Source: Longirhabdus pacifica
GTDB lineage: Bacteria > Bacillota > Bacilli > Paenibacillales > DSM-105158
Length of the DNA stretch: 32,000 nucleotides
Assembly (NCBI RefSeq): GCF_004115085.1
Contig: NZ_QXJP01000022.1
Coordinates: 32,325-64,324, forward strand
Reading direction: 5' to 3'
Position 1 is the stretch's first letter. Each line of letters begins with the position of its first letter. Shown one piece after another: positions 31,735 through 32,000 of the stretch. The notes under the pieces were generated by a model, which ran no database searches, was not told the origin of the DNA, and saw only the letters and a program-made list of their open reading frames with translations. The translations under genes and the position numbers were made by a program.

Positions 31735-32000
31735 CTTTTTCCGACAGAAGACTCCCACTTCAACGGTGAGAAGGGCGTAGCCCAATGAGTAAGTGGGAGT
31801 TGAATGTCGGTAGGCGTAGCCTAAGATGGTTTGGTATAATTTAGATAATGTTAGAAAGTGAGGTGGAAACAATGTTAGTCAATAAAGCCTATAAGTTTCG
31901 TATCTATCCGAATCAAGAACAAGAAATACTAATTGCCAAAACAATCGGCTGTTCTCGTTTTGTGTTCAATAGGTTTTTAGCACTTTGGATTGATACTTAC
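31735..32000 (+). mobile_element. IS200/IS605-family element, tnpB-only (IS1341-like) organisation, left end; continues beyond the window
   Basis: Subterminal imperfect palindrome ccgacagaagactcccactt (31741-31760) / aagtgggagttgaatgtcgg (31791-31810). GGCGTAGCC occurs twice. Extended -10 TGgTATAAT at ~31832-31840. The tnpB start follows with no tnpA in between. Confidence 0.75.
31872..32000 (+). CDS. tnpB: TnpB (IS605 OrfB-type RNA-guided endonuclease/transposase accessory protein), N-terminal 43 aa only
   Basis: MLVNKAYKFRIYPNQEQEILIAKTIGCSRFVFNRFLALWIDTY is the hallmark OrfB_IS605 N-terminus. SD GAGGTGG upstream. Confidence 0.85.
   Translation, partial: MLVNKAYKFRIYPNQEQEILIAKTIGCSRFVFNRFLALWIDTY

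Noticed and set aside
1-32000. CRISPR arrays, tRNA/rRNA genes, or a tRNA-linked attachment site at the island borders
   Set aside because: No regularly spaced repeat-spacer array and no cloverleaf-capable or rRNA-like sequence was recognised. The only repeat family (19803-20720) has irregular spacing and long stems unlike CRISPR repeats.

Overview
The window looks like a low-GC Firmicute (Bacillaceae-like) chromosomal segment in three parts.

(1) nt 1-7220, housekeeping genes. These are the 3' part of a UbiD-family decarboxylase gene, a solitary HEPN-domain gene, yutI/yuzB/yutJ-like genes, two paralogous MqnC/MqnE-type radical-SAM genes (futalosine menaquinone route), a SufA/YutM-like Fe-S carrier and one small hypothetical gene.

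(2) nt ~7220-26910, an accessory island. It encodes a PBSX-type contractile tail and nothing else phage-like. Present: sheath, tube, frameshifted chaperone, tape measure, LysM protein, hub and baseplate (XkdK-XkdU equivalents), a second xkdU paralogue and three large mosaic tail-fibre genes. Absent from the window: terminase, portal, capsid, integrase, Xre/CI-type repressor and endolysin.
- Two short monocistronic units head the island: a 169-aa unknown and a sigma-region-4-like activator. Each has a sigma-A-type promoter overlapped by GAAC-N4-GTTC (LexA/Cheo) boxes.
- A BhlA/UviB-type holin-like gene closes the island.
- I read this as an SOS-wired, head-less R-type tailocin-like particle with several receptor-binding proteins.
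- The spacers around the second xkdU hold four copies of a ~65-nt structured repeat with compensatory stem changes. I cannot assign it to any known element class.
- A 130-nt G-free tract and short direct repeats mark the left edge of the island.

(3) nt 26910-32000.
- Small membrane-protein genes, one with an in-frame stop.
- An alpha/beta hydrolase, an NDH-2-like oxidoreductase and an ECF41-type sigma factor (WLPEP, DGGGK and NPDKL motifs all present).
- An ABC-exporter gene remnant, cut off at its 3' side by the left end of an IS200/IS605-family (tnpB-only, IS1341-like) element that runs off the window.

No rRNA, tRNA or CRISPR array was seen. All functional calls rest on by-eye motif and family recognition; no database search was run.
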